From contig CAUJCN010000002.1 in NCBI GenBank assembly GCA_963169855.1, forward strand, positions 709,608 to 773,607: a stretch of 64,000 nucleotides of DNA, written 5' to 3'. The DNA comes from Patescibacteria group bacterium. GTDB taxonomy: Bacteria; Patescibacteriota; Dojkabacteria; J137. A program made the position numbers and the translations under genes. The notes under the pieces are model-generated. The model searched no databases. It worked only from the letters and a program-made list of their open reading frames with translations, and was not told the DNA's origin. Each line of letters begins with the position of its first letter. Positions within the stretch are counted from its first letter, which is position 1. Of the stretch, positions 55,038 to 64,000 are shown piece by piece.

Positions 55038-55547
55038 ATGCAAATCAAGTTATCAGACGGTTCACTTTTAATTGAAAATAGTAATGGAGTTTCCGCACGA
55101 GTTTCTTACGACGGTGGTTTTACAGTACAAATTGGTGAGGTAGAAATTTCTAAGCCAGGGGAATATGAATATAGCAACATTGCAGTAAAAGCAGATGATG
55201 CTAAGTTAGCTAAAACAGCTAATATAAATATACTCGATATTCATGTTGATAACTTTTCTATACTTTTAGTTCCAGATACCAAGGACTTTAAGCCTGAATA
55301 CGAAAATGCACTAGAAGTTGCTGACCTGCTTTTCGTAACAAACGAGACAGGTGATTTGAAAAAGTTAGCAAACGACGTTGATCCGAAGATTGTTTTTACA
55401 GCAAAACTTAAGAAGTATTCAAGAGCAGAGGACGAGGCTTTGAAAGGTATTTCTCAAAACATTCAATCAACAAAAACTATAAAACTTAAAGAAGGTGAAT
55501 TGCAAGGTGAAGTAGCACCAGCACTTGTCATCTACGTATTAGAATAA
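55038..55547 (+). CDS. Degenerate MBL-fold protein
   Basis: ISKPGEYEY, DLLFV and DPKIV resemble Lactamase_B_3 family; no His metal ligands evident. Confidence 0.5.
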   Translation: MQIKLSDGSLLIENSNGVSARVSYDGGFTVQIGEVEISKPGEYEYSNIAVKADDAKLAKTANINILDIHVDNFSILLVPDTKDFKPEYENALEVADLLFVTNETGDLKKLANDVDPKIVFTAKLKKYSRAEDEALKGISQNIQSTKTIKLKEGELQGEVAPALVIYVLE

Positions 55548-55549
55548 AC

Positions 55550-56878
55550 ATGGCACAAGAAGTCCCTTTTAATCTCGAGGCAGAAAAAGCTGTTATCGGT
55601 TGCATCATTATAGATAATGATAATGTAATGAAGGTAATCGATGTTATCAAAGTAGACCATTTCTACGACCAGAGAAACCAGCAAGTATTCGAAACTATCA
55701 TAAAACTCCACAGTGGAGGAAAAGTTGTAGATTTACTTACACTTACGACTGAACTCGGCAAGAAAGGAAAGAAAGGTGCAGATGCTGTTTACATTGCTGA
55801 ATTAGTAGATTCTGTTCCTTCAATTTCAAATATAGAAGAATATGCTCAAATTGTTCGAGAGAATGCTATGAGAAGATTCCTGATGAGATTAGGAGGGGAA
55901 ATGGAGACTAAATCTAGAAACTTCGAGGTAACGGTTGATAAGGTTATTGACGAAGTTGAAACTGACCTGTTCAGTATTTCTGAAAATGCTACAACAAGTG
56001 AACTTTTCAACGCAGCTACTTTGCTAGAAATGCAAATGAAAAGAGCTGATGAGTATGCAAAGAATCCCAACGCTATTAGAGGTATTCCTACAGGAATTTC
56101 TTCTTTAGACGCTCATTTAAACGGACTACATAGTTCAGACTTAGTAATTATCGCTGCTAGACCTTCTGTTGGTAAATCTGCGTTTGCATTCGATATCTGT
56201 AGACATATTAGCGTGAATGAGAAAAAGACTGTATGCATTTTCAGCTTGGAGATGCCTGCACTACAGGTGATAGACAGAATATCGGCTCAACAAACAAACA
56301 TAAGTTTGTGGAATATTAAAACTGGAAGTATGTCAAAAGAAGACTACAAGCGTTATGCAATGGAAGTCGGAAAGATATCAGAATCGAAACTTTTTGTAGA
56401 TGAAACTCCTGGAGTTAGCATCATGCAGTTAAGAAGTAAGGCTAGAAAAGTTAAAATGCAGCACGGACTAGATTTAATTATGGTGGACTACCTTCAGCTT
56501 ATGCAAGGGAATGGTAGAACTGATAATAGAGCTACAGAAATTGCCGAAATCTCTAGATCTCTTAAAATTCTTGCAAGAGAACTAAACGTTCCAATTCTTG
56601 CTTTGTCTCAGTTAAACAGAGCAGTGGAGAATAGACCAGATAAGACTCCTCAGTTATCAGACCTTAGAGAGTCTGGTTCTATTGAGCAAGATGCCGACTT
56701 AGTTATGTTCTTAAGTAGAGATATCAATGAAGAACTCTCAGAAGAAAAAGCTAATGATTACGGAGACAATACAAGCAAGGTTGATGTAATTATCGCAAAA
56801 CATAGAAATGGTCCAGTTGGAAAAATTAAGCTTAAATTCGATGGTTCAAGACAGAAATTCTACGATGTTACAGAATAA
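55550..56878 (+). CDS. dnaB: Replicative DNA helicase DnaB
   Basis: AARPSVGKS, FSLEM, VDYLQLM, SQLNR, DLRESGSIEQDAD, AKHRNG. Confidence 0.98.
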   Translation: MAQEVPFNLEAEKAVIGCIIIDNDNVMKVIDVIKVDHFYDQRNQQVFETIIKLHSGGKVVDLLTLTTELGKKGKKGADAVYIAELVDSVPSISNIEEYAQIVRENAMRRFLMRLGGEMETKSRNFEVTVDKVIDEVETDLFSISENATTSELFNAATLLEMQMKRADEYAKNPNAIRGIPTGISSLDAHLNGLHSSDLVIIAARPSVGKSAFAFDICRHISVNEKKTVCIFSLEMPALQVIDRISAQQTNISLWNIKTGSMSKEDYKRYAMEVGKISESKLFVDETPGVSIMQLRSKARKVKMQHGLDLIMVDYLQLMQGNGRTDNRATEIAEISRSLKILARELNVPILALSQLNRAVENRPDKTPQLSDLRESGSIEQDADLVMFLSRDINEELSEEKANDYGDNTSKVDVIIAKHRNGPVGKIKLKFDGSRQKFYDVTE

Positions 56879-56903
56879 TGTTGTATAATTCTTAGCTTTA
56901 AAT

Positions 56904-56989
56904 GCCGAAGTGGTGGAACTGGTAGACACGTCAGACTCAAAATCTGGTGAAGCTAAAACTTCGTGAGGGTTCGAGTCCCTCCTTCGGTA
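56904..56989 (+). tRNA. tRNA-Leu (CAA)
   Basis: Acceptor GCCGAAG/CTTCGGT-A, loop CTCAAAA, long V-arm. Confidence 0.95.
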
Positions 56990-57094
56990 TAATTAGAAAT
57001 CTCCAGTAACCAATTTCCAATCAGCTATATTTTCGCCTTGCACTTTGATTCGGCTTTTTATATCATTTACTCGTATATTTGAGCATTAGTTTCT

Positions 57095-57799
57095 ATGGAA
57101 GAATTCGTATCATCAATCTTAAATTCAACTCTAAATTTCAACGAAATAGGTAAGTATTTTTTAATATGGTTAGCAGCTTTGTGGGTTGTTTTCTGTGTTT
57201 GGGTATTTGTAGATGCGAAAAGAAGGTATAAAAGTACAGCATGGGGAGCATTCTTTTTCTTTGCGGTATTGATTCTTAACTTTCCAGTTCTAGTTTTATA
57301 TTTGATTATTAGACCTGAGAACGAAGAGAATCATGTTATTTATCTTGCAAACGATTCGAGTTCATCAGTATCAGGAGGCGTAAATGTTCCGTTAATTAAC
57401 TTCACTGGAGAAGACGGATTAGTAAAGCTGTCTTTATCATTAAGTATGAGTAAAGGGGTGAACGAAGATGTAATGTTCGACATTAAAGTTAACGATCAAG
57501 ATAAATTCGAAATTACTGAACCAAAGAAAGAAGAAACTTTGGATGTAGCTGTAAATGTTGAACCTTCAACAGAAAAGGTTTCAAAGAAAACAAGAATCTC
57601 CTTGGATACCTTCAAAAAAAGAACTTCTGACTTAGGTGCAACTCTGAAATCTAAATTTAAGATGCCAAAGAGAGCTTCTAAAACGAAGGAGATCGAAGTA
57701 GAAAAGATTATAGAAGTTGAAAATACTTCTGAAACTCCTGTAGAATCTAAAGAGGAAAAAGAAACTGCTAAGAAAGAAACTAAAGCAGAATCCAAGTAA
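57095..57799 (+). CDS. Membrane protein (two TMs, PLDc_N-like) with charged tail
   Basis: WVFVDAKRR...LYLIIRP. Confidence 0.65.
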   Translation: MEEFVSSILNSTLNFNEIGKYFLIWLAALWVVFCVWVFVDAKRRYKSTAWGAFFFFAVLILNFPVLVLYLIIRPENEENHVIYLANDSSSSVSGGVNVPLINFTGEDGLVKLSLSLSMSKGVNEDVMFDIKVNDQDKFEITEPKKEETLDVAVNVEPSTEKVSKKTRISLDTFKKRTSDLGATLKSKFKMPKRASKTKEIEVEKIIEVENTSETPVESKEEKETAKKETKAESK

Positions 57800-57824
57800 T
57801 CCTGGATAGATTTAACAAAACTAA

Positions 57825-58970
57825 ATGGACCAAAATGTTCAGAGCTTCTTCAATAAATTAAGGCGCCGAGTTCTTAAAAACAGAAGAAGGGTAAATCTCA
57901 AAACTATTGTACAAGATACCGGGGGAACTGTCTTCAGAACCTTATCTTCAGCACGTCTGCCTTTAATTATAGCGACATTTGCAGGATCAGTACTCATTCT
58001 TCTTATTTTTGTAAAGTATCTTACTATTTCACCCATTAATTTAGCTTTCGATGCAGGTGTCGAAGAAGAGATACTTAAAACATACGATTCTAATCTCAAT
58101 ATTCTATCAGTCATAATGGATGATAGAGAAGAGGGTTATAAATTCATCAACAAAATGGATGTAGTTCTTCTTGATAATGTAGGTAAGAAAGTCAGCAATT
58201 TGTCAGTGAATAAAGACTTAATTGTAAGTTTAAATAAGGAAAAAGTTCCTATTAGAAACCTTTACAACTTTCTAGATGGTTCGAGTGTTCAAAGAATGGA
58301 TAACTTTATGCAAACAATAAGTAATTATCTAGGTATTAGACTCGATAGATACATTGTTGTGAATCTAAGCGATTTAGATTCAATGGCTTCATTATCAGGC
58401 TTCTCGGGTACAGATAATATCGATTTCATTAATTACTACAAAAACCCCATCAACTATCTTTCTTCTATAATCAATTTCGATACATATAGGAACTCTTTCA
58501 GAACGAACTTAAACAGAATAGAATTCACAGGAATGCTTAATTCATTTGGTAACTTTCAGGTTAGTTCTTCTACACTAGGAATTTCCCAAGGTATTCAAGA
58601 AGGTGAAAATATTCTAGGAGACCAAGAGAAGATGGATTCTTCAATCATTTCATTTCTTAGAAATTTAGATATTTTGAAAGAGCAAATTAGAGTGGAAATT
58701 TATAACGCAACTACCATTCAAGGAGCGGCTACACGTGTTGGTAGAAGACTAAAAGTCTATGGGATTGATGTAGTTAAAACAGGTAACTATCCCGAAACAT
58801 CAGAAGTTTCAGGCATTTATTTAGCTGGAAATAAGGCACAAATGATTAATAATTATAATGAAATCCAGAGAGCGTTCAGGGGTGATCTGAAAGAGCTTAA
58901 AGAATATAAATATAACTACTCTGGTGATATAATTTTAATCATCGGTGATGATTATCAAAACTTCAAATAG
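57825..58970 (+). CDS. LCP-like protein with LytR C-terminal domain
   Basis: TM, NYLGIRLDRYI, IRVEIYNATTIQGAA, DIILIIGDDY. Confidence 0.8.
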   Translation: MDQNVQSFFNKLRRRVLKNRRRVNLKTIVQDTGGTVFRTLSSARLPLIIATFAGSVLILLIFVKYLTISPINLAFDAGVEEEILKTYDSNLNILSVIMDDREEGYKFINKMDVVLLDNVGKKVSNLSVNKDLIVSLNKEKVPIRNLYNFLDGSSVQRMDNFMQTISNYLGIRLDRYIVVNLSDLDSMASLSGFSGTDNIDFINYYKNPINYLSSIINFDTYRNSFRTNLNRIEFTGMLNSFGNFQVSSSTLGISQGIQEGENILGDQEKMDSSIISFLRNLDILKEQIRVEIYNATTIQGAATRVGRRLKVYGIDVVKTGNYPETSEVSGIYLAGNKAQMINNYNEIQRAFRGDLKELKEYKYNYSGDIILIIGDDYQNFK

Positions 58971-58980
58971 TTAGATTTAT

Positions 58981-59706
58981 ATGGCTGGCCATTCTAAATG
59001 GAATAATATCAAACGCGTTAAGGCTGCAGAAGATTCCAAAAGAAACAAAATTTTTACTAAGCTTTCCAAAGATATTGTAAACGCAGTTAAAGTTGGAGGT
59101 TCTCCAGACCCAAAAATCAATACAGGATTGAAGGCTGCTATGGATCGAGCAAAGTCTTATAACCTTCCATCGGATAAAATAGAGAAAGCTATAAACAAAG
59201 CTTCAGGGATAAGGGATTCTGGCGAAATAATCGTAACAAAAGTATATGAAGCTCAATTCGATAATGGAGTAGAGGCAATTATTATCTTTGAAACTGATAA
59301 TCCAAACAGATCTTTTAACGAAGTTAGGATGGCAGTTACAAATATAGGAGGTAAACTTCTGAATGAAGGATCTTTGAAATGGAAGTTTAAGGAATTCTAC
59401 AAGGTAAGAATCTCTGATGTAACTCAGGATCAATCGGATTCTTTAGTTTTGATGGAAGGCATCGATAATATCGAATATGACTTAGCAGCTAGGGAAAGCG
59501 AATTATTAATAATTAAAGAATTTGGCTACAATATAGCTAACTTATACAGAAATTTTAAAGATGTAATTGTTGATTCAATTTTTATTCCTGACAATGGAGT
59601 AGAGGTTTCTCAGGAATTTATAGAAGAAGTTGAAGAGACTTTTGAGGAACTACCTGATTTTGATAGTATTTATTTCAATCAAAAATATGAGAGTTTTAGG
59701 GATTGA
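58981..59706 (+). CDS. yebC: YebC/PmpR family protein
   Basis: MAGHSKWNNIK, IFTKL, TDNPNRS. Confidence 0.95.
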   Translation: MAGHSKWNNIKRVKAAEDSKRNKIFTKLSKDIVNAVKVGGSPDPKINTGLKAAMDRAKSYNLPSDKIEKAINKASGIRDSGEIIVTKVYEAQFDNGVEAIIIFETDNPNRSFNEVRMAVTNIGGKLLNEGSLKWKFKEFYKVRISDVTQDQSDSLVLMEGIDNIEYDLAARESELLIIKEFGYNIANLYRNFKDVIVDSIFIPDNGVEVSQEFIEEVEETFEELPDFDSIYFNQKYESFRD

Positions 59707-60166
59707 TGTAGGTTTTGCAATCTGTGGATGGAGTATCGTTGATAAAGATAAATCTGGTGCAATAAAACTGGTCGATTTTGGAGTTATAACCACCGAAAAA
59801 GAGCTGGAAATACCAGAGAGGCTGGATATCATCTACGCAGGATTCCAGTCGATTATAGATAAGTATAAGCCTGATGAAGTGGCTATCGAAGATATCTTCT
59901 TCTTCAAAAATGCGAAGACAGTGATAAACGTAAGCCAAGTTCGAGGTGTTATACTATTAGTGAGTTTTCAAACGAAACTTAAGATATTTAAGTATACACC
60001 ATTACAAGTAAAGCAAGCCGTCACAGGATACGGAAGGGCTGAAAAGAAACAAGTCCAAGAAATGGTTCAAAAGATCTTTAAACTAAAATATATACCAAAG
60101 CCAGATGATGCAGCAGACGCGGTTGCAATTGCTTACTGTCATCATAATAATTTCAAGTATGATTAA
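59687..60166 (+). CDS. ruvC: Holliday junction resolvase RuvC
   Basis: VLGIDVG, AIEDIFF, VKQAVTGYGRAEK, DDAADAVAIA. Confidence 0.96.
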   Translation: MRVLGIDVGFAICGWSIVDKDKSGAIKLVDFGVITTEKELEIPERLDIIYAGFQSIIDKYKPDEVAIEDIFFFKNAKTVINVSQVRGVILLVSFQTKLKIFKYTPLQVKQAVTGYGRAEKKQVQEMVQKIFKLKYIPKPDDAADAVAIAYCHHNNFKYD

Positions 60167-60698
60167 TTACATAAAAGGAAACGTAAAATTAAAGTTCAAT
60201 GATTCAATATTGGTGGTAGGCGGTAATTTAGGGTTCAAGATAAATGTAGCTAATATAGACAAGTTTCTACTAGATTCAGAAACAGAACTTTTTGTAAAAG
60301 GATATGTTCGAGATGACGTTTACGTCTATTACGGTTTCAATGCAACAAATGAGTACGAATTATTCGAGAGTCTCCTAAAGGTAGATGGGGTAGGACCAAA
60401 GACTGCTATGTCTATCTTAGCTAAAATTCCGATGAATGAGCTGGTCGGGCTTATCAGTAAGGCAGATTTTGCTAAAATCAAAACCTATGGAATTTCGGAC
60501 AAGATAGCTAAAAAAATTGTTGTTGAACTTGCTAATTTGGATGTAGATTTATCAGTGGAGGGAAGTTCGATCCCAGATGAGTCGATAGAAGCTCTTAAAA
60601 ACCTAGGATTTAGCAGAGAGCAGATTGTGGCTAAGTTAGCTAATTCTTCTTTTTCTACTCCAGAAGAATATATTAAATTCTTTCTTAAGAAAAAATGA
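60159..60698 (+). CDS. ruvA: Holliday junction branch migration protein RuvA
   Basis: MINYIKG, YGF, VDGVGPKTA, ALKNLGF. Confidence 0.95.
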   Translation: MINYIKGNVKLKFNDSILVVGGNLGFKINVANIDKFLLDSETELFVKGYVRDDVYVYYGFNATNEYELFESLLKVDGVGPKTAMSILAKIPMNELVGLISKADFAKIKTYGISDKIAKKIVVELANLDVDLSVEGSSIPDESIEALKNLGFSREQIVAKLANSSFSTPEEYIKFFLKKK

Positions 60699-61687
60699 AC
60701 AGAGGTGTAGTATCAACAATGATAATAGAGGAGGTCGAAGATGTTCTGGAACAGAGTCTTCGTCCGAGTGACTTATCTCAAATGATTGGTAGAGAGCGTG
60801 AAAAGAAGGGAGTTGAAATGATGATTAATTCTGCAAAGATTAAATCTAAAGCTTTAGATCATATCCTTTTTCATGGACCACCAGGACTTGGAAAAACTTC
60901 ATTTGCTCATGTAATTGCAAAAGAAATGGGAGTAGGTATACATATTACAAACGGGACAGTATTGGATAAAACAGGTGATCTAGCTGCGATACTCTCAAGC
61001 TTAGAACCGAATTCAATACTTTTCATTGATGAAATTCATAGATTAAATGGAAAAATAGAAGAGATGTTATACCCAGCAATGGAAGACAAGGTTTTAGACA
61101 TAATCGTTGGAAAAGGTCCAAGCGCAAAATCGCTTCGAATTGATTTACCAGACTTCACATTGATAGGTGCAACTACAAAAATGTCCGCAATTAGTTCTCC
61201 ACTACGTGACAGATTTGGTGCGCATTTCCGTTTAGACTTCTATTCTGATGAGGAACTAAGTCAATTAATTCAGCAAAAAGCAGGGATTTTACGAGTGAGA
61301 GTGGACCACAAAGCTTCTTTGAAGATGGCTCAATCTTCACGAATGACTGCAAGGGTAGCTATTAGAATATTAAAAAGAGTAATAGATACTGCTACTGTTT
61401 CTAAAATGGATGTTATAGACGAGTCTATTGTTGATAGGACTTTAGACCTGCTGGGTATAGATTCTAACGGTTTAGATCAAACAGATAGAAAAATCTTGGA
61501 AATAATGTATTATAATTTTGATAACAAGCCTGTTGGTTTGAAGAATTTGGCTATGTCGTTGTCTGAAGCTGAAGAAACTTTAGAAGATGTTTACGAGCCG
61601 TATTTAATAAAGAGTGGCTATATTAAAAGAACACCTAAAGGAAGAGTTTTAACTTCTTCAGGAGAAAAGATTATTATAAAAGCTTAA
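60695..61687 (+). CDS. ruvB: Holliday junction helicase RuvB
   Basis: LRP, GPPGLGKT, FIDEIHRL, LYPAMED, EPYL, RTPKGR. Confidence 0.98.
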   Translation: MNRGVVSTMIIEEVEDVLEQSLRPSDLSQMIGREREKKGVEMMINSAKIKSKALDHILFHGPPGLGKTSFAHVIAKEMGVGIHITNGTVLDKTGDLAAILSSLEPNSILFIDEIHRLNGKIEEMLYPAMEDKVLDIIVGKGPSAKSLRIDLPDFTLIGATTKMSAISSPLRDRFGAHFRLDFYSDEELSQLIQQKAGILRVRVDHKASLKMAQSSRMTARVAIRILKRVIDTATVSKMDVIDESIVDRTLDLLGIDSNGLDQTDRKILEIMYYNFDNKPVGLKNLAMSLSEAEETLEDVYEPYLIKSGYIKRTPKGRVLTSSGEKIIIKA

Positions 61688-61696
61688 AATAATACT

Positions 61697-62842
61697 ATGT
61701 TTACAAGGATGGGAACAAGACAAAGAGCTATAGTGAGTGCGCTACTTGTAGGAGTGGTTACTTTCTTGATTATTTCTGGTGCATTTAAATTTCTTGCTAG
61801 TACAATTTTACCTCCGTTAAATCCCTCAAATGTTAGAGTAGAGGAGAGATATGGAGAAATTACAGTGGTTTGGGATAGAGTGGGCGAGTACGATATAGAG
61901 AATTACAAGATTTATGTGGATAACTCTGAGTTCGTGAAACTCAGAAACGATGTGGATAACTACCTAATAACAGGTTTGGATTTAAATCAGAAAAATAACA
62001 TTCGATTAGTTAGTTTAGATTCGACGGGTAGAGAATCTTCTGGGGTTGTTTACACTTCCACTGGAAACAGTTCCCAGGTTTCTGAGGTCTTAAATACACT
62101 GGACTTATCAAGTCTTTTGCTAAGGGATAACATCATTTATTCGTTATTATTAGCTTTGGGTGTGTTGCTACTTAATTCATGGGTGCTGTTCTTTAAACAT
62201 ACTAGAAAGAGTTTCCCAGTTACAGGTATATATCCTTCCGTAGCATTGTTCCCATTCTTTGTGTTGGGTTTCACACTTTACGATAGTATTAGTAATCAAG
62301 TTACTAGACTTGCATTGGTCTTAATTATGTCAGGTGCGTTCTCAATTATAAGTTATATTGCACTTTTGACTAATAATATTCTTCATGGATCTATACAGTT
62401 CCAGTTGCCGCTGGAGCAAGCTGCAAAGGCTGTACAATTCATTTTCTCGTTACTTTCAACATACCTGATAATGGTGTTTATTCTAGGAGCTGATATCGAC
62501 ATACTAAGAAGATTATTATTTATTTTGCCATTCATTTTCTTTTATTCCTATTCATCAATATGGTTTTTAAGACACTTAAGAAAGAAGGATGTTCTAAACA
62601 AAAGCTTGCTCATAACAATACTAGTAGGGTTGTCTACCTTGGTAATCTCTGTTTGGCCAATAGATAGCGTTTATTCAATACTATTTTCAGCAGTAGTGTA
62701 CTACATTCTACTCAACGTAGCTTTAGAAAATCGAAAAAAGATCCCTACTGGCTATTGGGTAGAGTACATAGTGCTTATTGGACTAACTGTAATAGTTCTC
62801 TTCACAACAGCATTCTGGGGAATCAACGGAAGCATTATCTAG
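61697..62842 (+). CDS. Membrane protein with a fibronectin type III domain and about 8 C-terminal TMs
   Basis: PPLNPSNV, ITVVW, YKIY, ITGL and GRES FN3 pattern. Confidence 0.75.
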   Translation: MFTRMGTRQRAIVSALLVGVVTFLIISGAFKFLASTILPPLNPSNVRVEERYGEITVVWDRVGEYDIENYKIYVDNSEFVKLRNDVDNYLITGLDLNQKNNIRLVSLDSTGRESSGVVYTSTGNSSQVSEVLNTLDLSSLLLRDNIIYSLLLALGVLLLNSWVLFFKHTRKSFPVTGIYPSVALFPFFVLGFTLYDSISNQVTRLALVLIMSGAFSIISYIALLTNNILHGSIQFQLPLEQAAKAVQFIFSLLSTYLIMVFILGADIDILRRLLFILPFIFFYSYSSIWFLRHLRKKDVLNKSLLITILVGLSTLVISVWPIDSVYSILFSAVVYYILLNVALENRKKIPTGYWVEYIVLIGLTVIVLFTTAFWGINGSII

Positions 62843-63338
62843 TAATGATTTAGACCCTAACTTGGACAAAAAGAAGGCGTTACTAAATATAAGGTGCATT
62901 ATACTCAGTAAGCACTCGCCCTTTTCTAACCTACTCTTGAGCCTTTATAACCTTGACCACTCTTCTCTTTTTATTCCTTTAGATTTTAGAAATTCAGAAT
63001 AATTAATTTTATTATTTTGCTCTATTTGAATAATTCCTCATTTTATATAAAAATTCTCTATTTTCGTTAAATCCCCTTAAAATCGCTTTGCCTGCTTTAT
63101 GTATCAACCCTGCTCTGTTACGAAAAGCTTTATCTGCATAGGACATTAGGAGATATTTAGTATTGAAATTTCGAGGATAGACTAGTTTGAAGTGGAGTGA
63201 TTTCTTAAAAGTCTTTATATGCAAATATAATGCCTAGATATCGCGTTTAAATGCGTTTTAAGACTAGTTTGGTACAAAAGCTGAGTATTTGTACCTCCCA
63301 GAAAAAGCCCTAAGTTCCAATTTCTAATATCTAGAACG

Positions 63339-63380
63339 AAATCACAAATCTCAAATCTCAAATCTCAAATCTCAAATCTG
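63339..63380. repeat. Heptamer tandem repeat (AAATCTC) x6
   Basis: AAATCAC-AAATCTC-AAATCTC-AAATCTC-AAATCTC-AAATCTG. Confidence 0.9.
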
Positions 63381-63389
63381 AAAAAATAG

Positions 63390-63896
63390 TTAAACGGAAA
63401 TTATTTTTTCTAGGAGTTGTGTTTCTTTGATAAATTTTTTTTGGATGTGAAGGAAGTCGAAATATATTTTTTCTTTTAAATCTTTTGGAAGTTCTGAAAG
63501 GTATTCGCAAATTTTATAACTTAATAAGTTGCAATAACTATTTCTCATTCCGGTATTTTTAAATTCAAAGTTATCAGGAATTAAGTTACGATCAATCAAT
63601 TCATAATACGAAGGTAAGTTATGAGTTTCTTTCTTTCCCAAAACAAATTTACCGAATAGGTTTTTGCAAATAAGTTCGATTCGAATGTGATTTACATTTA
63701 GCGAATAATCTCCCAAAGCAATAATGTGTAAGGGTTCTTCAGTGCTTGAAATTGCTTCTTGTAGCTTAGGAAAATCCCTCTGAAATGTTCTAGAACTGAA
63801 TGTGGATAACTCAATAGAGGAATAGAGGGGAGAAAGCTTGGAAAAAGTAACTCTGCTTAAAGAACTACCTTTTAAGAATACAAGTAACTTTTTCAT
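63390..63896 (-). CDS. Pyroglutamyl peptidase (C15)-like protein
   Basis: IIALG, IRIE, SYCN and FLHI are in the order of the C15 Glu-Cys-His triad. Confidence 0.5.
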   Translation of the reverse strand: MKKLLVFLKGSSLSRVTFSKLSPLYSSIELSTFSSRTFQRDFPKLQEAISSTEEPLHIIALGDYSLNVNHIRIELICKNLFGKFVLGKKETHNLPSYYELIDRNLIPDNFEFKNTGMRNSYCNLLSYKICEYLSELPKDLKEKIYFDFLHIQKKFIKETQLLEKIISV

Positions 63897-63905
63897 TACT
63901 ACTCG

Positions 63906-64000
63906 TTAGTCCTTGAGCTTTAGAACAGATAACGAGTTCAGTGTCTTGAATTTTGATTTACCGTTTATTATTGAATACGAGTTCACTCCCCAAAGGTACT
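63906..64000 (-). CDS. 3' end of an unidentified gene (partial)
   Basis: Open frame ...YLWGVNSYSIINGKSKFKTLNSLSVLKLKD* ending 9 nt before the next ATG. Confidence 0.35.
   Translation of the reverse strand, partial: YLWGVNSYSIINGKSKFKTLNSLSVLKLKD

Noticed and set aside
63012-63224. 70-aa minus-strand ORF
   Set aside because: TTG start, no recognisable motif, and located in a repeat-rich intergenic stretch; not supportable as a gene.

Overview
AT-rich chromosome segment from a reduced-genome bacterium. It is most consistent with Patescibacteria/CPR, plausibly Ca. Dojkabacteria. This is an inference from the divergent 16S, the split comEC, the rpsF-ssb-rpsR cluster without rplI and near-absent Shine-Dalgarno sites. 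The window is mostly housekeeping. It holds a Xer-type recombinase, ftsH, polA, one linked 16S-tRNAIle-tRNAAla-23S-5S operon, rpsA, clpC, rho, the rpmG-secE-nusG-rplKAJL block, comEC, dprA, topA, rpsB-tsf-frr-rseP, dnaX-ybaB-recR, prfA, dnaB, ruvCAB and 10 intact tRNAs. The unusual signal is non-coding. (1) An unannotated ~200-nt RNA between clpC and rho has its own promoter and two covarying 81-nt domains closed by a terminal stem. (2) Tiny palindromic elements interrupt tRNA copies, cap terminators and form several 23S rRNA helices. (3) There are chimeric and nested tRNA genes. (4) The anti-SD is altered and is matched mainly by rpsU, alongside several leaderless-looking genes. (5) There are substitutions in the 16S 530 loop, 23S H69 and the sarcin-ricin loop. 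(6) tRNA-Tyr has an archaeal-type C1:G72 pair. All calls were read by eye, and no database searches or folding programs were run.
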